Assembly: GCA_038087875.1 (NCBI GenBank)
Contig: CM075996.1
Location: 4,652,001-4,716,000, forward strand
From: Malacoraja senta
Taxonomy: Eukaryota
Direction of reading: 5' to 3'
Length of the DNA: 64,000 nt
The notes below the pieces were generated by a model that searched no databases, was not told the origin of the DNA, and saw only the letters and a list, made by a program, of their open reading frames with translations. Below are positions 25,113 to 39,075 of this stretch, piece after piece; the stretch's first letter is position 1; the number at the start of each line of letters is the position of its first letter. The position numbers and the translations under genes were made by a program.

Positions 25113-25479
25113 GTAATTACATTTTAAAATGTTTCATCAGAATAGGAGCTTTGATTTACAATTTTGGATCCAAAGGAACTGGGTTCAATTATAAAATCTA
25201 TCCAGAAATTGATTTCTCATGATTCTCAAATCATCTTCAATCCTTCTTTGCTTTTGTCTTTGATTTCCTAAGTGACATATCACTAGAACATCTCTGTTCT
25301 TCCACTAATGCCACTGTACATTATGTAATTGCAGAGAATTAATTTAAGCATTCTTCCTTACGGTGATCTGTATTTTAATGTTCAAGCCAAGTTTTGTGAA
25401 GACGAAAGGCACCTGTAAAAGACTGCTCTTGGGAATGGTATCTCTGTATAACACCATGAGAAATAGTGCCAAATGGCTT

Positions 25480-26580
25480 TGAGCCTGCTCTACCTTTTAA
25501 TAGGATCATAGCTGAGCTGACATCTGCAAAGTTCAATTCCCTGCCCTCACCTCTCCTGATCAGACATTTACCTATCTCAGCCTTAAACACAGACGGGGAT
25601 ATATTGCCCCCTCAGCCAATATATTCCAAAGATTTACAACCGCCTGAGAGGATACATTTTTCCTAATTTCAGCTTTCAATGTGTTTTCCTTTTCTGAGAC
25701 CATGCTTTCTAGTTTTGGACTCTCATACTAGAGGAAACATCCTCTCAACATTTACCCTGTCTAATGCCCTGAAAATGTTGTATGTTTCAGTAGGATAATC
25801 TCTCATTTTTCTCACTTCAAATGAGTAGTCTCAACTCATTTAACCTTCCCGATAATCCCTACTACGATCAACCTTTTATGAACCTTCTCTGAACAGCGTC
25901 CAATGAAATAATATCTTTCCTTAAAAGAATGCATCAAAATTGTTCGCAATACTCAAGATGTGGTCTCGCTACTGCCTTCAACAATTGAAGTAAGACTTCC
26001 CCACTTTAAACTACAAACCCTCTTAAAATAAGGGCTAACAATCCATTATATTGCCCTTTTACCTGCTGCAGTTGTAGGCTAGCTTTATGTACTTCATGCA
26101 CAAGGACCCCCAAAATATTTTGTTTCAGCATCCTACAGTTTTGTTTTTTGTCTTTAAGCAAAATTCTACTTTGGTTACTAAGTTAACTCTAAATCTCTCT
26201 GCAGACTCTGCATCCTTCTCACATCTCACCATCCTGCCTAACGTGTTTCAAAAAATTAGATGCATTATATATTTTAACTGTTATTAATATCGATTGTAAA
26301 TTGTCATGGGCTTGGTGCTGAACCTTGCAAAACCCAGCTGATAACAGTCTGCCAATCTTAAAGTGATCGTAAATTCCTACTCTGCTTCATCCTTTACTAG
26401 CCTGTCTGTGGTAATATATCACCCCAACGATATGATCCTTATTTTACATAACAGCCTTTTGTATGGTGCTTTATCATTGCTAAAATCGTGATGCGTTACA
26501 CCCTCTGAGTTCCCTTATCTACCTTACTATTTATATGCAAAATAAAATCTCTGGCTGCATATCTCACTTTCTTTTAGCAT
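25480..26580 (-). mobile_element. old CR1 LINE fragment
   Basis: FKAEIGKCLI peptide and degenerate CR1 RT C-terminal sequence. Confidence 0.6.
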
Positions 26581-27041
26581 GTTGAATTTTAGACACTGTG
26601 TGGAAATAACCAGTTGAAGTACAAATGTTGGTCTCCTGACCAGATATGGTTAACAGTTTACTTGAGTAATTGTAAGCTAAAGTCCCTCCTAAGAAAGACC
26701 CAGCAATAGATACTTAGATTCTTTTGGCTGAGAAACATCTCCAGCCAAGAGCTGCATCCAAAAACAAAGGAATTGAAACTGGACCATTTCCTGCATTTAC
26801 TCCTTGCATTAGCCTCAATGTTGCTCTTGCCTTTTGCTATCATACAGCTCATATATCCTCCCAACTTTGCTGTACTACCACAAGGTAGAGCAGGCCACAA
26901 GCTAAGCACTTGCCCATGAATCACCATGATGGGTTTCTAAAATCTCAGTATTAAGGATTAATTTGGAAAACAATGATAAAATAAATCTTCAAATATAGTT
27001 GCATATTATATAAGCATTTAAATATTTTGTTAATTTTGTAG

Positions 27042-27205
27042 TTGTTTCTGTGTTACTGTCTAATTCCTCCCTGATGGAGTTCCTGGAGAAGATATTAGAG
27101 CTGAGCTGGTCTGACCAATTTGAAACTGTCCCTGATGTCCTGGTCTGCTCTGTCTGGTTATTATTAGCCAGCTTAGTCCAAAACCAGACCAACTATAAGT
27201 CAGAA
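27042..27205 (+). CDS. MEI1: MEI1 coding exon
   Basis: ttgtag|TT...GAA|gtgagt; VSVLLSNSSLMEFLEKILEL...LVCSVWLLLASLVQNQTNYKSE; phase 1 to 0. Confidence 0.9.
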
Positions 27206-27683
27206 GTGAGTAGTTCACACACATCACAGTAGCCGAGAGGTTTCCAAAGAAGTCTTATTTTAAAAATGTCTTGATGCAGTGAATACCTGATAATATATTG
27301 CTTCCATATATTTTAAAAATCTTGAGCATGTTTGCAGTTCCATTGTGAAAGTTTTTAAATCATATTTATGTAAACACTTGAAACAAAAAACTCCTGCTTC
27401 AATATTCCAAATGGAAATCTATTCAGTTGCATGCAATTGAATAATTATAAATTCTGGAGCAGGTTTCTGAAGTGTCTCAACTATAGTGCCATCCTTTTTA
27501 TTTACTTTTATGATGAAACCTTAAATATATTTTTTAGATTTTTTAAAACTTGTGATGGACAAAGACGGAAAAAAAATAAAGGAGGAGGTAAAAGGATAGC
27601 TGTTGCACCACTTGCAGGGGAAAGTACCTGGAGAGGCTGTGGTTTGGTTCGAAAGGGATGAGTGAATCTCCTCCCTCAACACC

Positions 27684-28322
27684 ATCCAGGGACCCCAACA
27701 GTACTTTCAGGTTAGATAGAGGTTCAAATGTACCTCCTCTAACCTAAACTACTGCATCCGATGTTCCCAATGCGAGCTCTTGTACAGCGGCAAGACCAAA
27801 CTTAGACTCGGCGACCATTTCGCTGAACACCTACTCGGACCGCCTAGGCCTACCGAATCTCCTGGTTGCCAACCATTTCAACTTCCATTCCTATACTGAC
27901 CTTTTTGTCCTGGGCCTCCTCCATTGCCAGAGTGAGGCCACATACAAAATGGAGGAACAGCACCACATATTTTGCTTGGGGCGTTTACAACCCAGCAGTA
28001 TGAAACTCCTTAATTAATTTCCACTTACTCCTTTCCCCACTTGTTCTCTTCCTCTACCCTAGTCGTTTTACCAGTTCCACAGTTCTCCACATCGTTCCCC
28101 TTTTGAGATCACACCTTTCCTGGCCAACAATGGGCTGACCATGCACCGCCCTGCCTGAGGTCATTTGTGGCCAACCCTGATTGGTCCTGGTCTTTTCTTG
28201 CCTCCAGCTCTTCACCGCCAACCTCTATTTTCAGTCTGAACAAGGGTCCTGACCCGAAACATCACACATCCTTTCTCTCCGGAGATGCTGCCTGATATGC
28301 TGATTTATTCCAGCATTTTGTG
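27684..28322 (+). mobile_element. decayed Penelope-like 3' fragment (GIY-YIG + tail)
   Basis: Matches the C-terminal part of the 17251-18708 ORF (RLGDHFAEHL, VANHFN, EEQHHIFCLGRLQP); tail cagtctgaacaagggtcctgacccgaaac. Confidence 0.85.
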
Positions 28323-29175
28323 ACTAGTCTTGAGTGAATGTGCCTAATAGATCTTCTTGATCTCTAATCCATTCTTCAGTGTTGCAGCCTGTTCCACATT
28401 CACTCTCAAATTCTCCCATGAATGCTGATAACCTCAGGCTACCAAAAAAACTTTCAAATATATGGTACATGATTCCATGTATCCACATTCCCCTGACCCC
28501 CCCCCCACTCACACCATCCCTACTTGGATTTCTTCCTGCACCATGTCTGCTTTCCACATCCCTGCCCCCAATTCCCCCGGCTTTCACTTAACCAACATTT
28601 CTTAATTCTTCCTTGGAAGTATTCTGATTATAATAATGGTCCAATATCTGGGCCACATTGGTTATTGCTATTCTGATGCAAGGATTATTCCCTGCTACCT
28701 CCATACCCTGGAATTTCTGCCTCATTGGAATATCTCAGAAGATATTGCAAATTTACACAGGAACCATTAAGTGATATTTTCAATTGGTTTCTGGAATCAA
28801 ATGGAGAAATTCTCTTTTGGAAATTTCTCTTTCCATGAGAGAAAAATATAACAAGGTTGTCCACAGAGGGATCAATAAAATAAGTTATTTAATTTAACTA
28901 TTGAATTAGCAAAAATACAAACTTGACACGATTTCTGTTGATGGTATAAATCATTCCAACATGATGACAATTATTTCTGAATGTTGAAATGAAGTAATGA
29001 AGACTACATATTTTAAATTTTATACTAATATGCCTGGAGTTACCAGGATAAATTGCATTAAAATATTTTTTTGCGTGGCTTTCATTTGTTGTTGATTTGT
29101 TACTGTTGCTAATTGTTCTTGTAGTAAATCATTTGCATATTATTTAATGAACTCTTTGGCATGATTTATATGCAG

Positions 29176-29254
29176 GTTCATAGAACAGTTGGTGTGAATC
29201 TGGATAAGGTTATCCACTGCATCAGCTCCAGAAAGGACAGTTCATTGCTGCACG
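29176..29254 (+). CDS. MEI1: MEI1 coding exon
   Basis: atgcag|GTT...CACG|gtgggc; VHRTVGVNLDKVIHCISSRKDSSLLH, cf. human VHQTLSVEMDQVL; phase 0 to 1. Confidence 0.85.
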
Positions 29255-29700
29255 GTGGGCTCTTCCTTTTGTTTTAATTGCCATATTAGAATTAGCATCT
29301 ATGGTTCAGATTTTGACACAGGATCTGCAGCCTCCACTGCCTCACTCCCATAATCTCCAACATTCTGATTTCATTACCAACAGATTTCCTACTTATTAGA
29401 AATTTGGCAGACACTAAGGTACCATTTTAGATGTTTCTTGTCAGTGAAATGGCCAAAAGCAAAATACTCAAAATTGGAAAAAGGAAAAAGCTGACTTGAT
29501 TAAACAAGTCTAGGGTGTTTCCATGTAACCTCCCCACAGTAATTAGACATCATTGTCTCTCATGAAAACAGTCTGTCAGTCTCACTGCAGAGGCAATTAA
29601 AATTGGCAAAAATCACTGATGATTCTTTTGCAATGACATATTAAACAAAGTAACATGGACCTTTTAGTATCTTGAGGTTTAAAGTAACTAAAATAAACTA

Positions 29701-30179
29701 AAGCCTTATTGGCGACCTCCGCAGCATGGTCGCCACAAGGTCGTAGGAGGTCTTCGTAACTCTTCCTCGTGCTCGTGAGTGGAATCCGCGTACTCGTGGC
29801 CTCAAGTACGTTGCGGCGTTTTTTCTAGCCTGATAAAATATGTCCATAAGTTTAAAAAAAAGGTTGGCATGGAAAAAATTTATACTTTTTACTCGTAGGT
29901 AGGTCGTGATGGTAGTCGTGGGTTGGTAACTGGCCCGAGAGAAAAAAATGCAAGCATGACATCATTTTATCATATAATCATTTTCCACTTGTAGCTAGTT
30001 GTAGTTGGTCTTAGGTGTGGAAGACTGAGGTCGAGGGGGGGGTCGTAGACATAGTCGTAGGAGTTCGTAGACATAGTCATAGGAGATCTTTTACTTCGGC
30101 GAGTCAACACGACCTTGACATTTTTTTCAACTCGTCTAGGGTCTTCTAAACTCGTGGATTAGGTTGTGGGACAGGCTCT
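29701..30179. mobile_element. PIF/Harbinger-like MITE, left end damaged
   Basis: Right end gtgggacaggctct-taa; internal ggtcgtag repeats shared with 46872-47067. Confidence 0.6.
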
Positions 30180-30312
30180 TAAGAGAACTACCTGGTCCAG
30201 TATAGTCACTGTTACCTGATGATAAATTATCATGTTTTTTTCTAAAATTGTACGTGATGATAATCTGCAGAAAAAAATTGTGGATTGTATTATTGATTTT
30301 CTTTCTTTCCAG

Positions 30313-30491
30313 TCTGCATTCTTCAGTTTTTGAAGACAGTTCTAAGACACAACTTCATATCTCCATTGCTTATTATTACTGTTACTAACACAAAGAATCG
30401 ACCCCTACCAGATCAGGATGCCTTGTTGTATCCATTCTCTTATCAACAGATCATTTTGTTCTTTTTTCATCTACAGAACTTTCTAGTTCAG
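30313..30491 (+). CDS. MEI1: MEI1 coding exon
   Basis: ttccag|TC...CAG|gtaaag; CILQFLKTVLRHNFISPLL...LQNFLVQ; phase 1 to 0. Confidence 0.9.
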
Positions 30492-30659
30492 GTAAAGATA
30501 TTACTTCCACAGAAAGTATTAAATGCTGAGCATCATCTTTATTTATCTATTTACATAATGTGAACATAATTAGTCAGTATAGAATTGTTGATGCAGCAGA
30601 CATCAAACTTTAATCCAAATATTTCAGTTATTCAAGGGTCTATCTCAAAAGAGTTCCTA

Positions 30660-30964
30660 AAGGTCGTCCCCGGGTAACGAATGGGCTCTGTTTTTCCAGA
30701 TGTTTTTGTCTATTTTATCCATGTTGAAAATACACATTAATCACTCGATTACTACTTTCATAGTATTGTAATGAATGGCAACATAAATTTGATTTAAACC
30801 AAGAACAATTACTAAAAGTGGAAAGAAAAAGAAAACTACTTTTGTTGATCATAGGAATGAAAGTGTGTACATACATTGGAATTTTGAATTCAATAATATT
30901 ATGGGAGCTCATTTGCATGTATGGGTTTCCATAAGTCAAGCATTCGTAACCCAGGGACGTCCTG
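30660..30964. mobile_element. Tigger/pogo-like MITE
   Basis: 24-bp imperfect TIRs aaggtcgtccccgggtaacgaatg / cattcgtaacccagggacgtcctg. Confidence 0.7.
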
Positions 30965-31346
30965 GGTGTTATTTTATATATTAGGTATTGCCATTGTAAA
31001 ATTATATACAAACTGTCCTGCCAAGTATAATTGGCCTTCCAGAAAATTTTCAAGACCAGGAGAATGTCTCTGGTTCTAAGTCCACTTTGATTTGGCATCT
31101 CCCTTCCTCCTCTCTGACTTAACTTGTTGGGAGTTTTGTTGGTCATCCAAATGATGCTAATGAAACATAATCTTAATGATGAATTAGTTCTGCTGAAGAT
31201 AGCTGCAAATGGGAATGAGATATGCGAGGGGTGCTTGCAGCTAAGTAAACATAATTTTCATACCGCTTGTCTCAAGATGTAACATAAAATCACATTAGTA
31301 GACATATCTGTGCATTTTACAGTTAAATCCTACATTTTAATTACAG

Positions 31347-31428
31347 GGAGATGACCTTCTTTTCAGTTCTGCAACTGGCTGTTTGGAAATACTGATGGAG
31401 TACTTGCACAATAGGGACCAGGCCACAG
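31347..31428 (+). CDS. MEI1: MEI1 coding exon
   Basis: ttacag|GGA...ACAG|gtaata; GDDLLFSSATGCLEILMEYLHNRDQAT, cf. human [20 protein letters not shown]; phase 0 to 1. Confidence 0.9.
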
Positions 31429-31689
31429 GTAATATTTATTAAAGTAGAAAATATAAAACAGGAACAGAAGATCTTAGATATACTCATTAAAATGCTTCTA
31501 CCTTGTTTGGTGCCAAAGGTGTTAACTTTTCCAAAGTGAGTCCAATACCTGACAGTATTACACAGTACTCTGAACTAAACGTGGCATAGTTTCCTTAGCC
31601 ATGGAGAGCACAGTTTAGGCAAAAACATGTCATTGACAGTCCTTTATGATTTATTGAAAAGCTAGGTCTCTTGACGAGCATTACCTGCT

Positions 31690-32022
31690 CTTCAGACCTG
31701 CAGCTTATTGTCTCTCATATGCTCACCAACTTTGGATTCATTTGCCACTAACCTGCACAAAGGGCTGATACACTGTGTAAGAAAGAAGTGCAGATGCTGG
31801 TTTAAATCAAAGGTAGACACAAAATGCTGGAGTAACTCAGCGGGACAGGCAGCATCCCTGGAGAGAAGGACTCCATTAGTCACCAACATGCCTTTTGGAT
31901 ATAGGGGGAAACCCGAGCATATGGAGAAAATCCACACAATCCAGTAAAAATACAATCTGCATATACAGCCAGCATCCACGGGCAGAATCGAACACAAAAT
32001 GCTAACTGCCGCACCACCCTGC
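31690..32022 (-). mobile_element. old V-SINE interrupted by a Penelope-tail fragment (about 31773-31870)
   Basis: V-SINE pieces flank gtgtaagaaagaagtgcagatgctgg...ctggagagaagga. Confidence 0.6.
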
Positions 32023-32806
32023 TTCCCATGTGTCCTCACTAAGATTCTCATAGGTGGGTTTTCTGTGTTTTAATAAATGAACATTAGATGGGTGCTGCTT
32101 CATTCTTCTTTCCTTTATCCTCTACCTCGCCTTTTGCAGTGGTTTAATAAGATATGACGCCTCTCTTGAGAAGCTTCACTGGGTACGATAGGTTATCAAC
32201 ATTTCTTGGTTAATTAGCAAGAAGCAAGTTCAAAGTTTCTTGGAAAGATTTAAAAATAAATGCACTCTGGTTATTTTGCAACAGGAAAATTTACTAATCT
32301 AATCTCTCTGAGTTCCTCAAACTTAAGATCTCCTTACTTTCATTTGTCTCAGCCGATCTTGGCAATAGCTGCACTTCATATTTCTAAGCCTTGATGTCTA
32401 GTAGGCAGTGAGCTAAGAACTAGGATGTCGGGCTTCAATTCCACTGGCCTTCACAGTAAGGACCATAAAGCACAAGTGTATTTAGGGCTACTGACTAGGA
32501 TGGAAAATTGCCAGAAACAATTTATGTTCCTGTCATTGGCATGATAAGATAACCACCCAGCCTTCTAATAAGCACAATGCTAAACATTTGGAACCTGATA
32601 TTGATGCAGCACATTGTCAAGAAACCCATACAACAGTGCAATCTATGTGATGGCAATGTTACCATTGGGGTTAATTCATCACATGGTAGAAAAAGGGCCA
32701 ATCTTCTGAATATGTTATAACGAATGTTAATAGTGTACAGTGTGAAAAAGATGCATTATGTTAAAAATTTGCTTTGAGTGTATTGAACCATATACTGTTT
32801 GTTTAG

Positions 32807-32913
32807 TCTGTCATGTGATGTCACAGCCCTGGAGTCGATTCCTTCTTTTCACATTGGTGAATTCTGCAGAGAGCTGCCGTCTCAATTCTGGCTTCCTCAG
32901 ACTTCTCTGTGTG
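32807..32913 (+). CDS. MEI1: MEI1 coding exon
   Basis: gtttag|TC...GTG|gtaaga; CHVMSQPWSRFLLFTLVNSAESCRLNSGFLRLLCV; phase 1 to 0. Confidence 0.93.
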
Positions 32914-33504
32914 GTAAGAAACATTAACATAGGTTTAACCAAGTCTCACAAAGGGGCACATTATTGGCTATTCCTATTTGTCTTATGAACGCTGTGGGAA
33001 GGAACTGCAGATGCTGGTTTACACCGAAGATAGACACAAAATGCTGGAGTAACTTTAGTGGGACAGGCAGCATCCCTGCTTAGAAGGGAGGGCTGACACC
33101 TTGGATTGAGACCGTTTATGAACTCATTCATTTTGTGGCCCATTACTCTGAGACTGGAATCATATATATTCCAGACTGGAGAAGGATGTCAGATATCCTT
33201 CCCTAAAGAATATTACTGAACCAGACTGGGTTTTACCCAAAACTGATAGTCATTATTGTCCCTATTTTATTACTGAATTAAATTTCCAGGCTGCTGGGAT
33301 AGGATCTGAATTAATTTTGGGGGATTATTTGTTCAGGGTTCTGGTTCACTAATCTCGTAATCAAACCACTGGCCTGCTGTGCCCCCACACAGTATATATT
33401 AAATATTCAAAGGTCGTGAATACCGTATCAATTTTATTTTTTATAAAAGAGCGATGTGTCTACATTGCCAGTCAAGACCAGACGACAACAGCAAGTTTTA
33501 GGTG

Positions 33505-33772
33505 GAAACTATTAGCATGGGAACAATCCCTTTAGCCCACCGTTCATTCCAACTATCAATCACCTGTTTACACTAGTTCTTTGTCATCCCAGTTTCTTAC
33601 CCATTCCTTACACACTAGGGCTAATTTTACAGAGGCCATTTAACCTTAAAAAAACTCATGTCTTTGGGATGTGGGAAGAAACTGGACCAGCCGGAGGAAA
33701 CCCATGCAGTCACAGGGAGAATGTACAAACTCCACAGGTCAGGATCAAACCTGCTGTGAGACAGCAGAGCAA
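33505..33772 (-). mobile_element. V-SINE/HE1-like SINE
   Basis: catgtctttgggatgtgggaagaaactgga...cacagggagaatgtacaaactccaca is the reverse complement of the V-domain. Confidence 0.7.
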
Positions 33773-34229
33773 CCGGGAATTGTTGGTCAATCCCTATTTT
33801 TATTTTCAAAAACACATAAATATATAGAATTAACGGTCAATATCTCCAAAATGTTCCCAACAGACACTCCCTCCATTGATCAGCTACATTCCCCAAGATA
33901 AAGTTGTATACTCCCAGCAAAGTAACAACATCGGTTGTTTCCAATTTCAACCCATATAGCCTCGTTTAAGGAGCCTTCTCGAATATCTTCCCTCAATCTC
34001 TGATTGAGTGCAATAGCACTCTGTACCCTTCACCACGAGTCACCCAAGGTTTCTACATTGTTACCTTTCATCAAGTCAATAAAGCAATGGTCTTAACAGT
34101 AAATACCTTAAAATTATACAGAACCCAATCCATTAGTTACTACTATTATAATAATCTCTGGTTATTATTTTACCAGATGACATGAATCATGATTGTGGTT
34201 TATCGACTGGATATTTTCTGTTTCAACAG

Positions 34230-34361
34230 TTTCTGAAATATAACAGTAAGAATATTGTTTCTGAATCTGACATGAAGCAAGTCCTACAGATGGCAGCACA
34301 CCTAAAATTGGAAGAATTGAGCAGCGACACAGCTGAGGCTTTGATTAATTTTCTAAAACAG
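34230..34361 (+). CDS. MEI1: MEI1 coding exon
   Basis: caacag|TTT...CAG|gtggag; FLKYNSKNIVSESDMKQVLQMAAHLKLEELSSDTAEALINFLKQ; phase 0 to 0. Confidence 0.88.
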
Positions 34362-36516
34362 GTGGAGTATATTCCGATGTATTCTCTAATTAATTGGCTT
34401 TTGCAAAATCTATATGGTCATTTCTAATAAGTAGGTTTTGCAAAATGATTTTGCTAACTAAACAAAGATAAACTTGTGGAAGAACCTGTTATGAATCAGA
34501 ATTAGATTTAATGCCAAATTTGAAAACACTGTTTTAAAGAGGATGACATAGCTAAAGCCTGAATAGTTATCAAGAAGACCGTCGCCTTCAAACAGTACAA
34601 ATAGAAACAATGGCTTTTAAAAAAAAATTATATCAAAATTGTAAATAATTGTCATATTTTCAGTTATAAATCAGACAATAAAATAATCAATTTTTGTATT
34701 CAATTTTTACACTGAAATCTGGCAGAGCCCGCCCACGTATTTATGTAATCAATAACAAATTTGAAAAAACAAATGTCAATCTAATTACCATTAAAATTGG
34801 TGATTCTTCGCTATCACTTATCACCTTTAGCCTAATCTTAAATATCAGAAAAAAGTAAAAAATAGTCTTTATCGCTGCTGTCAATTCACCCTTACTCAGA
34901 AACAAGGTGCTTACTACTGCTCATTACAGCTGAGTTACAGAGTTGAGATGAAAGTGACTGTTTTTGACGATCGTCGGCCTTTGATTATGTGTTCAACTAA
35001 TGTATTCAGTCGAGATCATGAGAACAAATGCAAAATCCTTCGATATATTTTAAAAGCAATTCCTCTGCTAGGTTTAGTGATTGCTATTGAATACTGCTCA
35101 CATGAATCTATCCGTGCACCTACATTTGCCATTTTGGCATTTTCAGGTGGTATCATGTGCGGTGGGAAACACATTAGCCCCAATTTAAATTCCCCATGGG
35201 GCTTGTGTAACACATGACCTGGGCAAAGAATGAACTGTTTGGCCTCTTGACTAAAGACCGGGAGATCGTAACTCGGACCTTGGCTGCGAGGCCTCTTTTG
35301 GTCTCCTTCCTAGATCCAGTAGAAAAATGTTTGGTAATAAAAACAGAAAATGCTGGTGACACTCAACATCAATAGAATGAGTTAATGTGTCAGATCAATA
35401 ATTCTTCTCTGGGATGTTGCTGACCTGCCAACTCTGCAGATTTTCAAATCTATCACTTTTGTTCAAGAAGGTGTAGTTGGCTAGCAATTGGGAGGAAGAA
35501 TTTGGGCCACAGCTGGAAGCTCAACAGAATGTTCCCTGGCATTCGGATTAGTAATAGAAGAGGTGAGGGGGTGATGGTTGCAATTAGGTAGTCAACTCAT
35601 TCAACTATTCTTGCCCCTCTTGACAGTACCAAGCCTTTAATGGCCTTGCTCATGTTTGTATACAAGCAAAGATATCACATCAGCTTTCCGTATTGCCCTT
35701 GGGTTAAAATTTCAGTTATCCCTCAATGATATTAATCAGGAACCAATCTTCATATTTATTGCAGAATCCCAAGTGCAAGGTATATCATCTGCCATAAATA
35801 AGACAAGTGGGATCAGCATGGATGAGTCTTTGTGATTATTTCCATCGCATTCCTGTTCAGTTCATTCACATTCATACACATTTCCACCATAAAGACAGGG
35901 TTGAAGTCTGCCTGCTGTACAGCTGTTTTGATTGATTGAATGTTATAGATAGACTGAGCTTCAAGATCTCAAGTTTGTGGACTGCTATGTTCTGAGTCGG
36001 CCTGTCTCATTGGTAATGGCTTTTATATTATACCTTTCGCAGCCCTGAGGTAAACAAAGTATTTTACAGCTTTAATCTAGGGAACACAGTAGCAATAATG
36101 TAGTCTAATGACGTTGGCTGAGATATATTGGCCAATACACTAGAGGGAGCACCTGTGCTCTTGTTCAAAATTGTGCTGCACAACCTTTGGCATCCATTTG
36201 AGTGGACAGATTTCTGGTTTAATTTCTGACCATCACATGTGAAGTATGCTATATGAAGTAAGCTGCATTTTAATTTTGTGCCTCTGAAATCAACACAACA
36301 CAATAGTTCAGAGAAAAATTAGTACATACTAAGGTGCAAACGGTAGTGACACAAACTAACTCTTTGAGCCACAATTTCCACCCAGGTATGTGCATGGATG
36401 TCATTTAAGAATTGTGTCAATTCCATCTATGATGTATATTAAGCCATTCACACTTGAGGTGTGTGTGTGTAACTCCTGTAGGTTTCCAGCTTCAAATGTT
36501 TTAATTTACTTTTTAG

Positions 36517-36635
36517 TTGCATCTACAAAGTGGCAAACTGTTCAATATGGGGCAGAAGGACATGGAGGTTATCCATTCCTTGTTGGAGGATCTAGAGAAC
36601 AGAACCTCAACTCAACCTGATGCCATGAAAATTAT
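36517..36635 (+). CDS. MEI1: MEI1 penultimate coding exon
   Basis: ttttag|TTG...ATTAT|gtatccttt; LHLQSGKLFNMGQKDMEVIHSLLEDLENRTSTQPDAMKI(I); phase 0 to 2. Weaker similarity, but position, length and phases fit. Confidence 0.75.
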
Positions 36636-36989
36636 GTATCCTTTGCTTTCTATATTTTTACATGCCAAATAGAATGGCGCTAGCAGTTTGGAAATTATAC
36701 AATAACTAATTTTTCTGAATGCCACTTTATCATATTAATCTGCTGTCCAGGTCACATGGAATAAGAAGATGAATGCAGTCTTAAATAATTGAAAATAAAA
36801 CATAAAACTGTAGATGTTGGAAAGCTGCAGTAAAATTTGGAGTATTGCCTGATCTAGTTCCATTACAGGGAAGATATGGAGACTTTGGAGAGGGTTCAGA
36901 CAAGGTTTACCCCAATGTTGCCTGGGTTAGTCTTTTGGCTAATCCATATCTCATTACAGACTATTTGTATCCTCTCTCGCAACTCGCTT

Positions 36990-37620
36990 TCCCACCTTTA
37001 TTTTATCATCAAATACTACACTTATTTCCTTCATCAAAGTCATTAATAGAGGTTGTATATCATTGTAGGCACAGCATTGATCGATATGGCACACTGCTAA
37101 TTGTTACTTGCCAACTCTAAAATGACCCATTTACCTTGACAGTTGTCAGCCTATCCATGCTATTCTCAATGTTGTGACACTTCCCTGAATCATAACGTTT
37201 TACATAACATCTTATTGAATGTTTTCTGTGAATCCCAATATGCTGCATCTACTGATTTCCTTTTATCCACATTGCTCATTGTATCTTCAAATAACTCAAG
37301 TGTATTTGTCAAATATGTTTTCCCATTCATAAAATTATATTGAATCGGCTTATGGGAATCATTTTCTGAATGTCCTGCTACTGCTTTCTTAACAATGATT
37401 ATCACCTCTTTTCCCAATGACAGATGTCAGGCTAACTGGCATATAGTTTCAGCTTTCTGTCTCCTTCCTTTCTTGAATAAAGGTGATACATTTCCCGATT
37501 TCCAAAATCCAAGACATTTTAGAAGATCACAATCAATCAATTCAGTATTTTTGCAGATACTTCTTTTAAAATCCTGGGATGGAAAGCATTAGCTCCAGGG
37601 GTCTCCTAAGGAGCTTTAGT
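36990..37620 (-). mobile_element. old CR1 RT fragment
   Basis: GKTYLTNTLELFEDTMSNVDKRKSVDAAYWDSQKTFNK resembles the CR1 RT motif SCLTNLLEFFE..VD..YLDFQKAFDK. Confidence 0.75.
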
Positions 37621-38262
37621 TTGCCTAGTGCCTGTTCCTCAATGATACTGATTGCTATGACCCACCCCTCCTGATTTTCTACTACCGTTAGGATACTTTT
37701 TGTGTTATCTATATTTCCTTATTCACCGTATCAATTCCCACTCATCCTCTTTGCCACCAATATTTATTTACCTCAACTACACTGCTTCTTTATGTACTTA
37801 TAGCTTATTTTTATTACCAGCTTACACTTGTAATCCATCTTTAATGGTTTGAGATGTCGGTTGCAGGTTTTTATAACTTTTGCAATCTTCCATCTTACAC
37901 AAATCTATGCAACCATGATACTCATTCAATTTCATGGCATCCTTGAGTTCTATCATTGTAGAGATTTTATTTCTATATGGAATTTAGATTTGTTGAATTT
38001 AATTTTGTTTTGTTGAAAATTGTATCTCCCTTCGTTGCTAATTTGGCATTTTACATTTCAATCTGTTTTCACACTCCAGATTAGCTAATGGGCTTCGTGT
38101 TTTACAAATTGATTTATTTAAGTTTAATGCATCAGTTTTAGACTTTCAGTTTTCCACTCTTAAACTGAATATGAAATTCTATATCACTCATCATCAGGGT
38201 CCTTTACTTCATTATGGCTTCATTAATTAATCTTGTCACATTATTCATGATGAGAACTAAAG

Positions 38263-38515
38263 AAATAGAAACATAGAAACATAGAAAATAGGTGCAGGAG
38301 TAGGCCATTCGGCCCTTCGAGCCTGCACCGCCATTCGATATGATCATGGCTGATCATCCAACTCAGTATCCCATCCCTGCCTTCTCTCCATACCCCCTGA
38401 TCCCTTTAGCCACAAGGGCCACATCTAACTCCCTCTTAAATATAGCCAATGAACTGGCCTCAACTACCTTCTGTGGCAGAGAATTCCACTGATTCACCAC
38501 TCTTTGTGTAAAAAA
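38263..38515 (-). mobile_element. young CR1 3' end
   Basis: FFTQRVVNQWNSLPQKVVEA...GYGEKAGMGY* with an (atagaaac)n tail. Confidence 0.9.
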
Positions 38516-38599
38516 TCTGTCCTGGTTGGTTCCAGAATTCCTTGCCTGGAGTACACTCAAATAACTCATCCTCAAAATTACACTTCCAAATACTTGCCA

Positions 38600-39075
38600 T
38601 GACACATAGGTTTAAATGAATCCTAAAGAGAGGTATGGCAAATGTGGTGCCCATGACCACAAGAAATTGCCAAGAGTTGTGCACACAAACCAGATACTCC
38701 ACTCCCCAACCCATCCCATTGACTTCATCTATATTTCACGATATCTCAGGGAAACGGCACACCTCCATTATTCTCTATTTTTTCCCTCTCTCCCATTGAG
38801 CAGAAGGTGAAAATGCCTGAAAGCACCACTGGGTTAAAGAACAGCTTCTTCCCGGCTGTTATTGACTCTTAAACGGTCCTCTCGTATGCTAAGGCTGATA
38901 ACCTGATCTTCCAATCTATCTCATTCTGGCCGTTGCAGTTTTTTTTAATTGGCACTTTCTCTGCAGCTGTAACACAACATTCTGCTCTCTGTATATTTTC
39001 TCTTTTGTACTACCTGATGTACTTGTGTCTGGCATGCTATGCTTGATAGCACACAAAGTTTTTCACTGTCTTAGT
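38600..39075 (+). mobile_element. old Rex/Babar-like LINE 3' fragment
   Basis: YGKCGAHDHKKLPRVVH and aagaacagcttcttccc (KNSFFP) motifs, shared with the 61128-61812 and 62475-63066 copies. Confidence 0.55.

Noticed and set aside
34930..35217. Open frame after ttacag as a candidate final MEI1 exon
   Set aside because: No similarity to the MEI1 C-terminus. Exons 36517-36635 and 39255-39312 fit phase and sequence better.
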